DNA of 62,692 bases, counting the filler. It is 9 parts of 9 records of this genome, joined end to end, with 100 filler letters (N's around TTAATTAATTAA, not from the genome) between each part and the next. Parts side by side here need not be neighbours in the genome. Positions count along the whole stretch, not along the records: positions 47,307 to 57,098 come from SRR31147125_179326; positions 57,199 to 62,692 come from SRR31147125_179672; 7 more parts are not named here. One strand, given 5' to 3'. The translations under genes were made by a program, and so were the position numbers. The stretch's first letter is position 1. The number at the start of each line of letters is the position of its first letter. This document shows, piece after piece, positions 47,207-60,100 of this stretch. Below the pieces are notes generated by a model. It ran no database searches, was not told the origin of the DNA, and was given only the letters and a program-made list of their open reading frames with translations.

Positions 47207-47306
47207 NNNNNNNNNNNNNNNNNNNNNNNNNNNNNNNNNNNNNNNNNNNNTTAATTAATTAANNNNNNNNNNNNNNNNNNNNNNNNNNNNNNNNNNNNNN
47301 NNNNNN
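47207..47306. other. artificial contig linker
   Basis: N44-TTAATTAATTAA-N44. Confidence 0.98.
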
Positions 47307-47316
47307 CCCCCTGCAG

Positions 47317-50300
47317 GATGGCAACTCATGGCCAAGTTTGGACAGGCTGGTTCCATTGCCGCTCTTCCACAAGAAGATTATGCGGATTACTTCGAGCAGG
47401 CACTTTGGATTTATGGCCATGCTCAGGGCACTCCTCTCACACCTGGTGCAAACACTGCCCCTGCATCCTTTGTGATTGAGAGCCATGACTGGAAGGATTT
47501 CTTGGATGAGGGAACAGCCTACAGCCTGCGCCAGAATTTCTGGAAAAAGGAAGCCGAGCATACGGTGGATCTTGCCTTTGACTTTGTATACAACGGCTAT
47601 GTGTGTCAGGTGAGACAGAACACGCCCTCCCCGTCACGTCCATTCACGCCCATTCACTGTTGTCAGGATGTCCCCCCTGAAACGGTGCGGCCGTCCCCTT
47701 CTCCTCAACCGACTCTCCCGTTTTACGAGTCCGAGCGTGCATGGCGTCTTTGGAACCGTCGAATCCTCAAGTCTGGAGATATTTCATGGGACGACTCGGT
47801 GCATCCCACGTATTTCTGGCTGCCCTTCACAAACAAAGTATCAGGGAACGTTTTTACAGGGTGCAATGGATTTGAATTCAGCACAAGCGGGTGTGACATG
47901 GACAATGAGAGCAAACGTCGCCATGGAAACGCTGGCATTATTGCTCGAGAGGATCACTCTCATGTTGCTGCATCGTGGGCTCCGTGTCTTGACCCTATGG
48001 AATCCGCCGGGGATCTTGTGCAAGTCCCCCAGAATATGTCCCTCTACGGCACATCAGGCGATGAGATGACTCTTCTCTATTGGATTCGAGAAGGTGTTTC
48101 GGCTCCTCGTGCGTCAGAGGTGTCGTTTGTGTGTTTGTTTGATCGGTTCACTCATGATGAAATATCGAACATAGTTCCTTGTGTTCCGGTGCCAGATGTC
48201 AACGGAACATGTCAGAATCCACTCGTACGATTCGTTCCAAACGGTACACACGATGTTGCGATTGGTTCTCAGTACACAGGAGAAGGCGAGTTGTCGAATA
48301 TTCTAGATTCTATTTCCTTCACGGCAGAATGGCAATCCCGCACGTTCACGGTCATAAAGGGAACCTTTAGCGTGCCCGAGTGGGACCTGACCATCGAAGT
48401 AACATCAGTAGACGATTTGCTGGCAAACTGGCTGGAACATTGGCATGCCATTAATCTTCATTGGATGAACGTGGTTTTCTCCAGGAATCTCTACAATGGG
48501 GCCGCGTATCTTCTAGATATCCCGGATGGGAATCCACCCGGAAGGACACTGACGGAATTTTCACGGCATGGATGGGGACATTGGATGTCAGAGGGCATAG
48601 AACTTCAGTTTCTGAGTGTAGAGGCCGTGGCAGGTGCAAACCCAGGGGCCTACGTTGATTCAACCGATACAGTTGCCTTCGCCTTCAATGGACCCGTCTT
48701 TGAAGAAGGTCGCCTGCAACGCTTCTACAGTGAACCAAACGACGCTACCTTTGAGGCCGTCATCCGTTGGGGGCTCGTACCCAATGACGGGGGAGGAGCA
48801 ATCCAGGCCTCCGAGGTCCCCGTACTCCTCGAAGCGGTATCCCCACAAGGCGCCTGTTTGTGCGATTCTCTTGTCACTGTACGCCTGGGGGATGGATTTT
48901 CCTCCAATATGAGCGGAATTCCACGAACCAAACTGCAACTCTCCATTTCCAGCATACTTACCGACAACGAGACAGAATTCCATCTCGTGAATCGTCTTGC
49001 ATTCCTCTTTCAAGTCAAGAGCAGTGCGGGAACATCACGATTAGCTCTCCAATGTGGGCAACCTGTTTCTGTTGTGTCTCGAGCACCAACCGGACAATGG
49101 GGAAGGGGTCCGATAGAGTTAGTAGGTGTAAGCGTCCTTCCCGATCCGACAAGCAGTCCTCCCCTGTTCAACCATGGGGATGCACTTCAACTCAACTTTA
49201 GTGGACCTCTCTATGTAACGGAACTGGGACAAAATCTCTCCTCACTGAGTGCGAGTGAGCGAGAACAGCACATCCTGCCTCTTTCGACTGTTACAGAGAG
49301 TATTGTGATCAAGAATGCTTCTATGGATGGAAATGATGTCTTTGCATCTCAAGATGTCCTAGAAATTGCATTTCCCTCCTCCGATATTTGGAATTCTGTT
49401 GTGCAGATCACTTTCCGAATGACTGAAGCCAGTCAGTTCAATAACGGCGACATGACCCTCTACCACGTGATGAATCTCTTCCAGTTCTTTGTATTCCTGC
49501 CAGGCAGCGGACGTGCCGTGGTGGAAGGATACAACTCATCCGAGAATCCTTCCCAGAACTTCGTGCTCGATGTAGGGAATCTCCTTTCATCGAGTCAAAA
49601 GACATGGGGGGCAGATATGCTGATTCTGATGAACAGTGTGGTTCTAATTCAGGGTACGGGGACGGCTGACCTTGAAGCCGATCACGATGGAACCATGTCC
49701 CTGCACTTCAATGCACCTGTCTACGATTTCACGGCAGTCCCGAAGGAGCCCATCACATTCTCTGGGGATCCATTCGCCAACAACCAACTCCTCCACTCGT
49801 TCTTCGATATTGTCAAGTATCAAGATGAAATGGATGTCTTGTTTGATGAGAACACACCAGGAATTGTACTCTCGGGAGAATGGTTGAACACCTACCCCCC
49901 AGCACACACCTCACAATCACGTTCGCTACAGTAGATCGCGAGTCCATCCCCTCGCCCGTATACGAGGAATACCTGAACACAGGTGCGTGGGAAGCATGGA
50001 GATTGTCGTGCGTACCTGACAGACAGATTTTTTGATCTTCCAGGATATTTTGCGTTCAAGTTCCCCGGTACGCGAGCCCTTGGAGCGGGCCTATCTACAC
50101 TTGAAGGGACTTATAATTTGCTTGGGCATTGGGGGAATGGTGGATCCCTGTGCATCCGTGCCGTGGAGGCCCGTGGACAAACAACCCAAGATGAAGAATT
50201 CTCCGAGGGGGATTCTGTGCGGATCACGTTTGATGCAATTGTCTATAACTATCAGATCCGAGGCGATCCCGGTAGAAGACGTCTTCCGATATTCACGGAA

Positions 50301-53300
50301 TCACCTACAATCACTTCCGGCGAGGCACGCAAGTTCCTTACCTTCAAAGACAGTACCGAGAATAGCATAGGAACGACCCTTCCCTTCTCGGCTCACTGGG
50401 GGGAGTCCCAACTGGAATTGGAGATGGAAGCATTCTCAATCGGGACCGGGGCAGAAGTGTCCTTGGAGGAGTATGATGCACTGAACCGGGGGGATTTCTA
50501 CCTCAGAATCGGCAATCCGAATTATGGGCTCGATGCCGGCATTATTCCGTGCTCTGGAACACAAGCAACACAAATAACTCAGGTAAACACTCTCGAAGCA
50601 CTCTCGGCCAACGTACAAGCACCGTCGGATGGAGGAGAGCCTTGGGGATCGGTTGTGAATCCCATACCGACATTCATTGCAATCCCTCGACCTTCAGACA
50701 CCAACCCCGATACCCAATTCAATGAGGGGGATACAATTGACGTGATCTTCACAGGAGTGATCTATCTTAAGGTAATGGGGTCGCTGTTGGAGCGAGGTGC
50801 ATTACTGGACTCCAACACCACCAAGACGCTTGTCCATTTCAAAAAGAATGATGGAGGTTGTGAAGAATTCACGACGATTGCCAGCTACAGTGATCTACAG
50901 CTCACAATGTCTCTTTCAACGGACAATCTGCGTCGCATTCATCTGGAAGTGGTTAACGGATCCCATGCCTCTCTGCCATTATTCTACGCATTCGACCGAT
51001 TGCGATTCTCCTCTCGCGTCGTCTCTACACCCAACATCGAAGTTCTGTCCGGATGGCAAGCTGGACCGCACGGATCCGCCTTAGGATTGCATATGAACTC
51101 CTTTGAACCCATGGATCCCTCCAGCAAGTGGGGGACCCTCTGGAGCTTGATAACATGACAGTAACATTCCAAGGCGGCTCGGGGTGCAGGCAGGTGGCGG
51201 ACGGAGATACAATCACACTCACCTTTGGCGGGCCGGTGTACGAGTGGATTGGAGGGGAGGATGACCCCATCCCCCTCACGGGCAGCATGGAGTATGCAGA
51301 CCTGAGTCGATTCTTGTCCGTGATGGGGACGGGCCCCTTCAATGGCCAGACTCTCAGTCCGAGTGTCACATTCACAGGAAATTGGATTGATTTAACAACT
51401 TTGCAGTTAGTCTTCGATCCGAATTCAATTTCTGATGCACCGAATTCCTCGTTCGAAATGCTAAATCAAGAACAGTTTCGCATTCAACTCCTAGAAAGAC
51501 CGGAAGCTCCAAGCGCAGTAAGTCCCTATCTGGGAACCGGATTTGCAGGAGAAGGAGGCACCACTTGGCTCAATTATGGTTCGCCCCTGGCGCCAAGCCC
51601 CACCGGTTCTTGGGGAACAGAGAATCTGACGGTGTTATACTTCCAAACCTATCCCTACGAGGGAACGGATTCTGACTTTGGCCCTGGAGATACCATGATC
51701 CTTGTCTTCTCCTGTTCCGTGTACGATTCAGAGTTCGGTGTGCCCAGCGCCTCATTCGACGATTCCTTCGAGTTTCAAACCATGGAAGGGGATTCCTTTA
51801 CGCTTTCTTCTGCCAGTGTAGTGGCCTCGATTCAGTGGACCGATCGTCACAGTACTCTCACTGTCACTGTTGAGGAAGTGGATCCCGCCCATTCCCATTT
51901 TGATATCCTCAACACCTTCAACTTCTCACTCTCCCCCGTTCTCTGAGAAGTGGTCACTCAGGAGAAGATCCCCTCACAGGTGCGCGTTTCGTTTCGTTTC
52001 GTTTCGTTTCGTTTGGCAAACACACAGTGCATAACAGAAACCATCTATCCCAACACGACCAGCCGATGGGGCAAACCGCTGGTTTTGCAAACGGTTCTCC
52101 CATCAAGTGCGAATCATAATGATGCGAAATTCAGTATCGGTGATACATTCTGTCTGCAATTCAATGGCAAGATCTACTTTCGTGGGGCGTGGGGCGCCTT
52201 CCTTCCCCTACCCAACCGTACAACAGAGGCCCTTCGACTCCTCGCCCAACCCTACTCGAATACAACCATCAAGTCTGTCGAGTTTGAGGAGGTGAGGTAT
52301 GAAAAACACGGATCCGTTCTGTGGCTGCGTGTCACCCGTGCACCTGACTATGGCGAGGAGTTTCATGCCATGAATTCCTTGATGTTTTGGGTACAAGTTG
52401 TGGGTACCGGCTCGATCCAGTTGACATCAGGACGCAACGAACCCGCTAACGACGACATTGTTCCCTGTGGCATAATTCCCACATATGGATGGGGGTACCG
52501 TCTTCTTGTAGAGAGTATCCTTGCGGACGACGTGGACAACAGAGATGGTTTCTTGTCTCCCCTGGATCTGGTCACCATCCAATTCAACGCACCAGTCTAC
52601 TATGATACGGGTCAGTCTATTCCCGCGTACACAATCCCTGTTGCGTTGCCCGATAAGGCTGAAATCGATTCTTTCCTATCGTTTGTGGTGGAGGACGTGC
52701 CCCTGCTATTGGACCCGGCTGATGGATGGAACTACACGGGGGAATGGTCCTTCAACTTTGAGTCTCTCATTATTACGTTTCATTCCGTGGCGTTTCGTAC
52801 AAATCCCACCTACCAGACACTAAATTCCGCTCTGTACAACTCTCATCTCAACATGTCGGTTGGGAGTCCCACCAAGAAACTCACGGTGGGCTATGCCGTT
52901 GGTAACGTTCCCATTGCACTCGAAGGAGAACGAATTCCCGTTGAAGGCCACTGGGGAACCATACAACTTGCATTCTCGCGGCCTGATTCCATAACTGCCT
53001 ACGTCGCAGAGTCGCTGGCTGTGAGGATTGAGGACAAGGATGTAGGGGAAGTCGACTCCCTTCTGCTTCAAGTGGACAATTGCAGAGATGGAGTGGGTGT
53101 TGTGGATTCCCTGATCGTTGTCATGGAGCGAATCCACCCAAACGCATCATCCTTTGAGGGTTTCTTTGGGACTGTAGAATCGGGGAACACCGAGAAGAAC
53201 ACGTCTGACAATATCCTCGATGTGGTCCATGGCGACTCCCTCCGCATTTCGTACAAGGATCTCGTGGCTGAAAAGCTTATTCAGAACAGTGATGCCACGA

Positions 53301-56300
53301 TTGTGGAACACCTCGGTTCTCGTCAGGCAGATGGGCCCATCAAGCTGCGTGTGACAAGTTCTCCTCTGAATTTGGAAGTCGGTGTACCTGAAACGATTCT
53401 GGTGAAGTTCTGGGTCTCGACGGGGGACGTGGAGATCGTTGAATTGGTGGAGATGACCTCCGGCATCTTTGAGGGACAGATTGCAACACACTATTCCGAT
53501 CCGCTCCCTTCCGTTCTCACGTACGACGGCCTGGTACAGATCGGAAACGGAAACACCATTACAGCAAGTGTCAACAATGCCCCTGTGGGTGGATCCATCA
53601 CGTGGATTGCAACAGCAACAGATGGAAGTTTCTGGTTTGTGGGGGCCCGCCGTGTAGGGAGCACTCTCACACTGCAGATCGTGGATGAGGATTTGAATGT
53701 CCATTCGAGCGCCGTAGACACCTTCCTCATCAATGTAACCAGCTACTGGGGAGACTCCAACGTGAAAGACAGCATACAAGTTGTGTTAACAGAAACAGAG
53801 GTGAATACGGGCGTGTTTGTGGCGTCCATGGTGACCGCTCTGTTCCCTATTCCGCCGATCCGCCGCCCTGTCGAGAATGTCCTCTACGTCAATCATACCG
53901 ACGTGATCACGACAGAATACCATGACACATTGACACGGAATGGGGAGGATCAAATCCTTGTGCGCAATATCACAGTCCTGGCAACGACAGCGCGCATGAG
54001 CATCAACACAAACGATGTATGGTACCTTGGTGCTTCCATTACAATCCGTATCGATGATTGGGACGCAAGTCTTGCGCTCTTCTGTGCGGATACAATCTTC
54101 GTGGATCTCTTTCGGAATGGGAGCAAGAACACAGAGTACATTACCGTGCAGCTTGAGGAGACGGGTTCTGACACGGGTATCTTCGAGGTCACTCTCCACA
54201 CGGTGTACGGTCCGCACCCGTTCACGCACGATACACTCTTTCTCGACACCGATGACCATGAAAGCCTGATCCTTGGCTACAACGAAACGATGACAGACGT
54301 TGGACAACCCACATCGGATACAACCTTTTATCCGACTCATCCCTCGTCCCCTCCAGTCGGGAGTTTGCTGACGTGTCGGGGCGGTCACAGCATTTTTACG
54401 GAATGGAACATCACGCTGACCATGATGAACCTCTGCGCCACAGAGGTGAGAGTGCTTGCGACGAACATTGATAATGGGGACTGGGAGATTCTCCGTCTCA
54501 CGAACACAAGCGCCCATGTGTACGAGGCACATCTCACAACAACCTACGGAAACATAGCTGTCTCGGAAAATGGTGCACTCACGGCACACGATGGGGATAC
54601 CGTGGAAATTACAATGTGGCGAACAAGAAGAATCGCCAATGATACTGATTTGGACATCTCGATTACACTCACCGCAAGGGATGCCAACTTCACCTTGGGT
54701 TATCTTCCTTTCGTTGGGGTGCCCGTGTTTCTTTACCTCGAAGACGTGGATGAAGACACGATTCCTGAAGTGGCAGACACGATTTCAGTGATGGTTACAA
54801 ACATCCCCTCCGGAGAGCGTGCCACAGTAACAATGGAGGAGAGTCCTATTGATTCAGGTATCTTTCGTGGAACTCTGAGCACGGTTTTTCGCACAGATCA
54901 CTCCGAAGTGCCGGCGAGTGATGATCTTCTCATGTTCGTCAAGGAGGGAGATCTGCTTCAGTTCACCTACGAGGATGTTGTTACAAAGAATGGATCGCGT
55001 TTTGTTACCAGAACACACACAATTCACTACACGAATTCACCATCTCTCGTCCATATCCACGGATTGCGAGCTGTTACCAACCCTCTGACAATTCGTGTCG
55101 AAGATCTCACGTTGTCGGGTGCTGGATACATTCGAGTCTGTGTGACGGATAGGACCAACTGTGAAACGGAGCATTTGTTTTTGTGGGAACAAGACGCCCC
55201 GTACTTGGGCACATTCTTAGCCACCCTTCCCACTATTCTGGATGTACATGGCACAGGAACAGGAAACGATAACGGAGTTCTAGGAGTGACGAATGCAACT
55301 GTGATTCTTGTTCAGCTCAACACGATTGCAAATGATACAATCGAAATGAGTGCAACCACAGGAATCTTACACGGTGTAGGAAGTCAAGTGGGGGAATCTA
55401 TTGCGATAACTGTTGAAGATATTGACGAAAATAATGATCCCAATGCTCCTGACCAGATAGAGGTTACGGTTCAGTGCCTGACATCGGGAGAAAGTGAGAT
55501 GATCGTTTTGAAAGAGACAGGTAGGTGGTTGGTTCTTTTGCTCTCTTCTGATTCATGTTTGCACACAAATAGAATCCCACACGGGTGTTTTCACGGGGAA
55601 CTGCCCAACCATCTACCGTGAGAGTTACATTCTTCCCGATCCTATCAACAACGATGGAATCTTGCACGTGCGGGATCAAGACACGGTCAAAATCACCTAT
55701 AGGGACTCCGTGGATGCTAATGCTGCAACAGCACTACGAGAATGGAGCACAACCTTTGCCAACACAGAAGGAACGCTGCTGTTTGATGGCACTCCCTGGG
55801 TGGGAACAGAATTACAGATTCGGTTTGTGCCAGATGCCCGACCATCACACCTCGTACACCTTCAAACCCTTGTGACCAATCAAGAGAATGGCGACTTTGA
55901 ATTTCTTGATCTCACGTGGACGGATTGGGAGAACGAGTTCCGTGGTTCTCTTCTTACGGTGTATGCTCCGTGGAACCACTCCCTAGATGATTCGGTCAAT
56001 GTACAGGAGTGGGACCAGGTTTGCGTCCAGGTGGACAGCTTCACAAGCCTCACCTACACAGCTCGGAAGATTCCAGACACATTTCGAGAACCTGTATCAG
56101 TAGAATTTGAGCACGAGCACGCTTCCGTCGGACATTCGATTGTGCTTACGGCACAAATCACACATAATTTGGTTGTATCGGAACAAGAACGGGTGGAAGT
56201 TCTTGTTACAAACGATGTAACACGGGAATTTGAGTACGTTCGGCTGGTGAAACAAGATGCAGAAGTCGGATTGTATGTTGGAAGTCTTCCTACTGCATTT

Positions 56301-57098
56301 AGCGAGTCCAGAGGGCCTGATTTGGACGGTATAATGATGGCACTGGGAGGCCATACCCTTTTCGCACAACTTTCAAGGGTTGTATCCCAGGAAGACCTCG
56401 TAGAGATGACTGCTGTGGATGCTGAGATTGACGTACCAAACAACCTGCGACTGGGAATGTTTCTTGCCCTTACCATTCGCGACGTGGACCTGGATCTCCA
56501 TATGGGTCTAACCGATACGGCCAATGTGACTGTGACCGATACCGCAACCTACGAAGTGGAAGAAATCTCTCTGACGGAAATAGAACCAGGGGTCTTTTAC
56601 GGTGGCATCTTTGCTGTTGCGTATCATTCTCATTCTCATTCTCCTCGTGACGGTTTTCTCGCTGTCGACGTGAACGATGACGTTTGTGTGTCCTTCCTCG
56701 ATGAAATGACAAGCATAGGACCCAATACAACCCCTAGTCAGGCGTGTTTCACGGTGCAGTCGTTGGAGGGAACCGGAACAGCACCTGCACGTTGGTCCAT
56801 TGGGTCATCGATTCCCTTGTCCTTCCAGGTTGATTCGGCCTGTGCAATGGACCCGTTGAAGGTGGATACGATGGCCGTACTCGTGGGTGGGCCAGAGTAT
56901 CGATGGTCGGCTTATGGCATTCTGACCGAAACAAGTGCAAATTCGAGTCATTTTCAGGGAGAGGTGCACACAGCTCTGGGGAGCGGTCCACCTCTTTCGT
57001 CCCTGAACGTTGTCTTTCTGAATCGTACCGATCAGCTCACTGTTGTCTGGGGATCTGAGATGGAGGGTACCACCAGCACGGTGCTAATGGAATCGGGG
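47317..57098 (+). CDS. giant eukaryotic repeat-containing surface/secreted-type protein, partial at both ends, spliced
   Basis: Five long same-strand ORFs join into one frame via GT-AG introns (47610-47666, ~49983-50043, 51980-52037, 55521-55572) and single-base homopolymer slips (~49895, ~51132, ~51935). Contains about 9 WG..GD...F...VY repeats, then about 12 L.ET...G.F.G repeats. Confidence 0.8.
51986..52014 (+). repeat. (GTTTC)n microsatellite inside intron 51980-52037
   Basis: About 6 tandem GTTTC units directly after the GTGCGC donor. Confidence 0.85.
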
Positions 57099-57198
57099 NN
57101 NNNNNNNNNNNNNNNNNNNNNNNNNNNNNNNNNNNNNNNNNNTTAATTAATTAANNNNNNNNNNNNNNNNNNNNNNNNNNNNNNNNNNNNNNNNNNNN
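57099..57198. other. artificial contig linker
   Basis: N44-TTAATTAATTAA-N44. Confidence 0.98.
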
Positions 57199-60100
57199 GG
57201 GGGGAGAGGCATGGTAAGGTGGTACAGGCAGACAGCCAGTGCACTCTTCCCAACCCGTTTTGTGTGGGTCGCAAGGGCGTTGAGATTTCCCTCCATTGTT
57301 ACCAGGCGATGCTGTTTCTCCAACAACTAACCCCACCTCTAGCTCAGAACAAACAAAGAGAACCGCCCCGTACACACCTCCTCTTCTAGGCCTTCCATTT
57401 GCTTTTGTTTGTTTTCCATTCTCAAATCAGGTCCGTTCACCGACCAATGATCCGAGCGACTCAAATCACGACGTAATGAATATCTATGGGTGTCGTTGGT
57501 ACTGGGGTGGAACCAACCACTCGGCAACGTGCTGTCTCACAAAAGGCCTTCCTGTCTCTTGATAGACTGACGCAACTCCTTCACTTTCAGCCGCATTTCT
57601 TCTGCATCCTCTCCCAGTTCATCCATCGTCAAATGGGTCTACAACAGAATGAGTGTAAGCAAACACCAGACCAACGAAAGCCGAGGCCCTACGAACAGAA
57701 AAAAATACATCATCCATAATATCGTCCATTTCCCGTCGAGGCAAGGGCGTTAGAAACTCACCCACTACCGTGGCAAATACATGGGCCTCATTCCTGTCAA
57801 AGACGTGAAGATGAGACAAAGTTACTTCATCGAATCGTCGCACGAGAAGGTATGGGCTTGGACTTCCTCAAGCCGGAAGAAGAGGTGATAAACGTCTTCC
57901 ACAGATTTCCAGCTCGCTTCGACACTCTCATCCTCCTGTACAACTTCGGACACGCACATCCCCACCATTCCGCAGGGTTCTATGATGCTTCGCAGCATAC
58001 CCGTGGCAAGACAGTCCTACGTCGTTGCTGTTGTTGGACTATTTTGTTTGTTTGTTCCTGGAATATCCTACCTTCACTTTGATTGGCACGCCAAACGCAA
58101 GATCCATATCACGCGAAGCCGGCATGACCTAACTAGGGAGTCAATCATACTGGATTGCCAAGAACCAGGCTTCTGCATACTTCAAACTTTTCCAGAGCAA
58201 AGATATACTCGAAACGTCCGTACACCAGTCGGTCTGTGTGCCCGTAGCTAAGGTCCACACATTTCGCGGTGTGAACAACAACAACAAGAACAAGAAAAAG
58301 ATGAGAACGGACCCATCCATATGGATCCGCGACGCCCGCATAATCAGGGCAACTTGGTCATCGTGGGCACGCAGTTCAATCTGCATACTCGATTTAACAC
58401 TGAAAGAAGTGTAACCAAGTACACGCACGCGAGGATTCGTGAACTCAACGAGAAGAGTGCGCGACAATGTTTCATCGTGGTATCCAAATAGAGTCGATGC
58501 AACACTAAACATACCCTCATCACACCAATCCTTGTTTCCCACAACCAAACCCACTGCGTAGCATCTTCATGTGCAGCTCCATCTGTTCTTGGTGTGGGAA
58601 TAGATGTGTGCTCGATCTCTTGTTCGTGTTCTTCATCGGTTACTTCCTTTGCCGAAACCGAATCCGGCCGTTCTTGGCTAAGAAGGGACATTAAAGACTC
58701 TGTCGTTCGCCCGAATATGGAAGAGGACGCCTTGGTTCCTGGGGGTGGGAGTGGAGGGGTAGAGAGAGGCAAACGTCGTAGCACGATACTAGAAACGGAC
58801 GGACCTTCTTCATGTCCCAGAAGGGATGCAGAAGACTTCGTTTTGAAGATGGTGCGCCCGGCACGTTGTAGAGTACGTTCTCCGTCACTTGTTACGGGGA
58901 TCTGGTCACAATACTGGCTGCCTCCCCGTACAGCATGCGTGAAATTACGGATCAGCTGTGTGAGTATGTGAGTGCGTGAGTGTGTGAGTGTGGGGAAGTA
59001 CCTCATATATGACATTACGCGTCTCAAGGGTGATCAACCAGCGAGAGTCCTGGCATGTGTACCGTTGAAGAACATGTGGGGCCTCCCCTTCCCCCGCCGC
59101 ATGGTCTGTATTCACTTCCTCCGGACTGCTGTTATTCGGAAATGGAAAGGCCGAGTCACTTCCAAGGGATCGAGGCGAAAGGGGCACTTCTTCTGGTTGA
59201 TAAGCCAAGAGTTGAGCCGAAACTTTGGACACAATGCCTCCTTCCGGATCGAACATGTCAGACGGCGTAATACTCTTTCGCTTTGTAAGGCGTGCAAGCA
59301 AATTGTTCTCCCCATCTGGGCCGCCTTCCTCCGTCCCAGACGTCTCCACACGAGGAATGGAGGGAGGGGGAAAATCCATACGCGACCTGAACGTAGAAAG
59401 AAGGTAAGGAAGGAAATGACGAACCGACTCCGAGGAGAATTTACCCTTGTGCGGCAGCAACAGAAGGTGTACCACCAGGTCGTGGGGGCAGAGACGATGT
59501 AGAACAAGTTGATTGTTGTCTCATTGTAATAAGTGAGCAGAAGAACATCTGTTCTCCCTCGTAGTCCTCCTGTTCATCAAGACAAGGTATGACGGCGACG
59601 ATGACGAAAAAGACGAACGCACCCCTGTCCTTCCCTCTTCCTGACACCTGTCTGCGTAGCGTTCTTCCCCGCCCTTTGTCATTGCTTTCGCTTCAACCTG
59701 AGGAGGATCACAACCAGGACACATCAACCAAAGCCCCATGCCCCAAACACCTTCACCAGATCCAGGGATGTGTTATTGTAATTCCATTCGGGAACACTCG
59801 GAGCTCCATATCCTTTTCTCGTACTGCGAACACCCCGATTACAATCCAAACACACCCGAGTAACCACGTGAAACGCACATCAGGGTAATGTCACGCGACA
59901 TGAGACATGAGTATGAGAGACTCCGACACGTGACACGGACGCCCTTGTGCACCAAGGAAATCAGACAACATTTCAACAGGAAGGTGCGTACTTGTGGTTC
60001 TTCGATTGTTCCAACAGCTTGAGGCTGATGCATGTTCATACCAAGTTGAATCTCACTCACCATTGACGATATACTGCCCGATGGTACTAACAAGAACATT

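Noticed and set aside
51925-51950. TGA at 51944-51946 between two near-contiguous ORFs as selenocysteine or stop-codon reassignment
   Set aside because: One extra C in the C run plus the intron 51980-52037 gives a clean frame (SPRSLRSGHSGEDPLT|ETIYP). The eukaryotic junctions I traced fit the standard code.
5212-57198. Eight regularly recurring TTAATTAATTAA elements, and apparent adjacency of bacterial and eukaryotic genes
   Set aside because: They are identical 100-nt N-padded linkers added during contig concatenation. Adjacency across them has no biological meaning and is not evidence of HGT or a repeat array.
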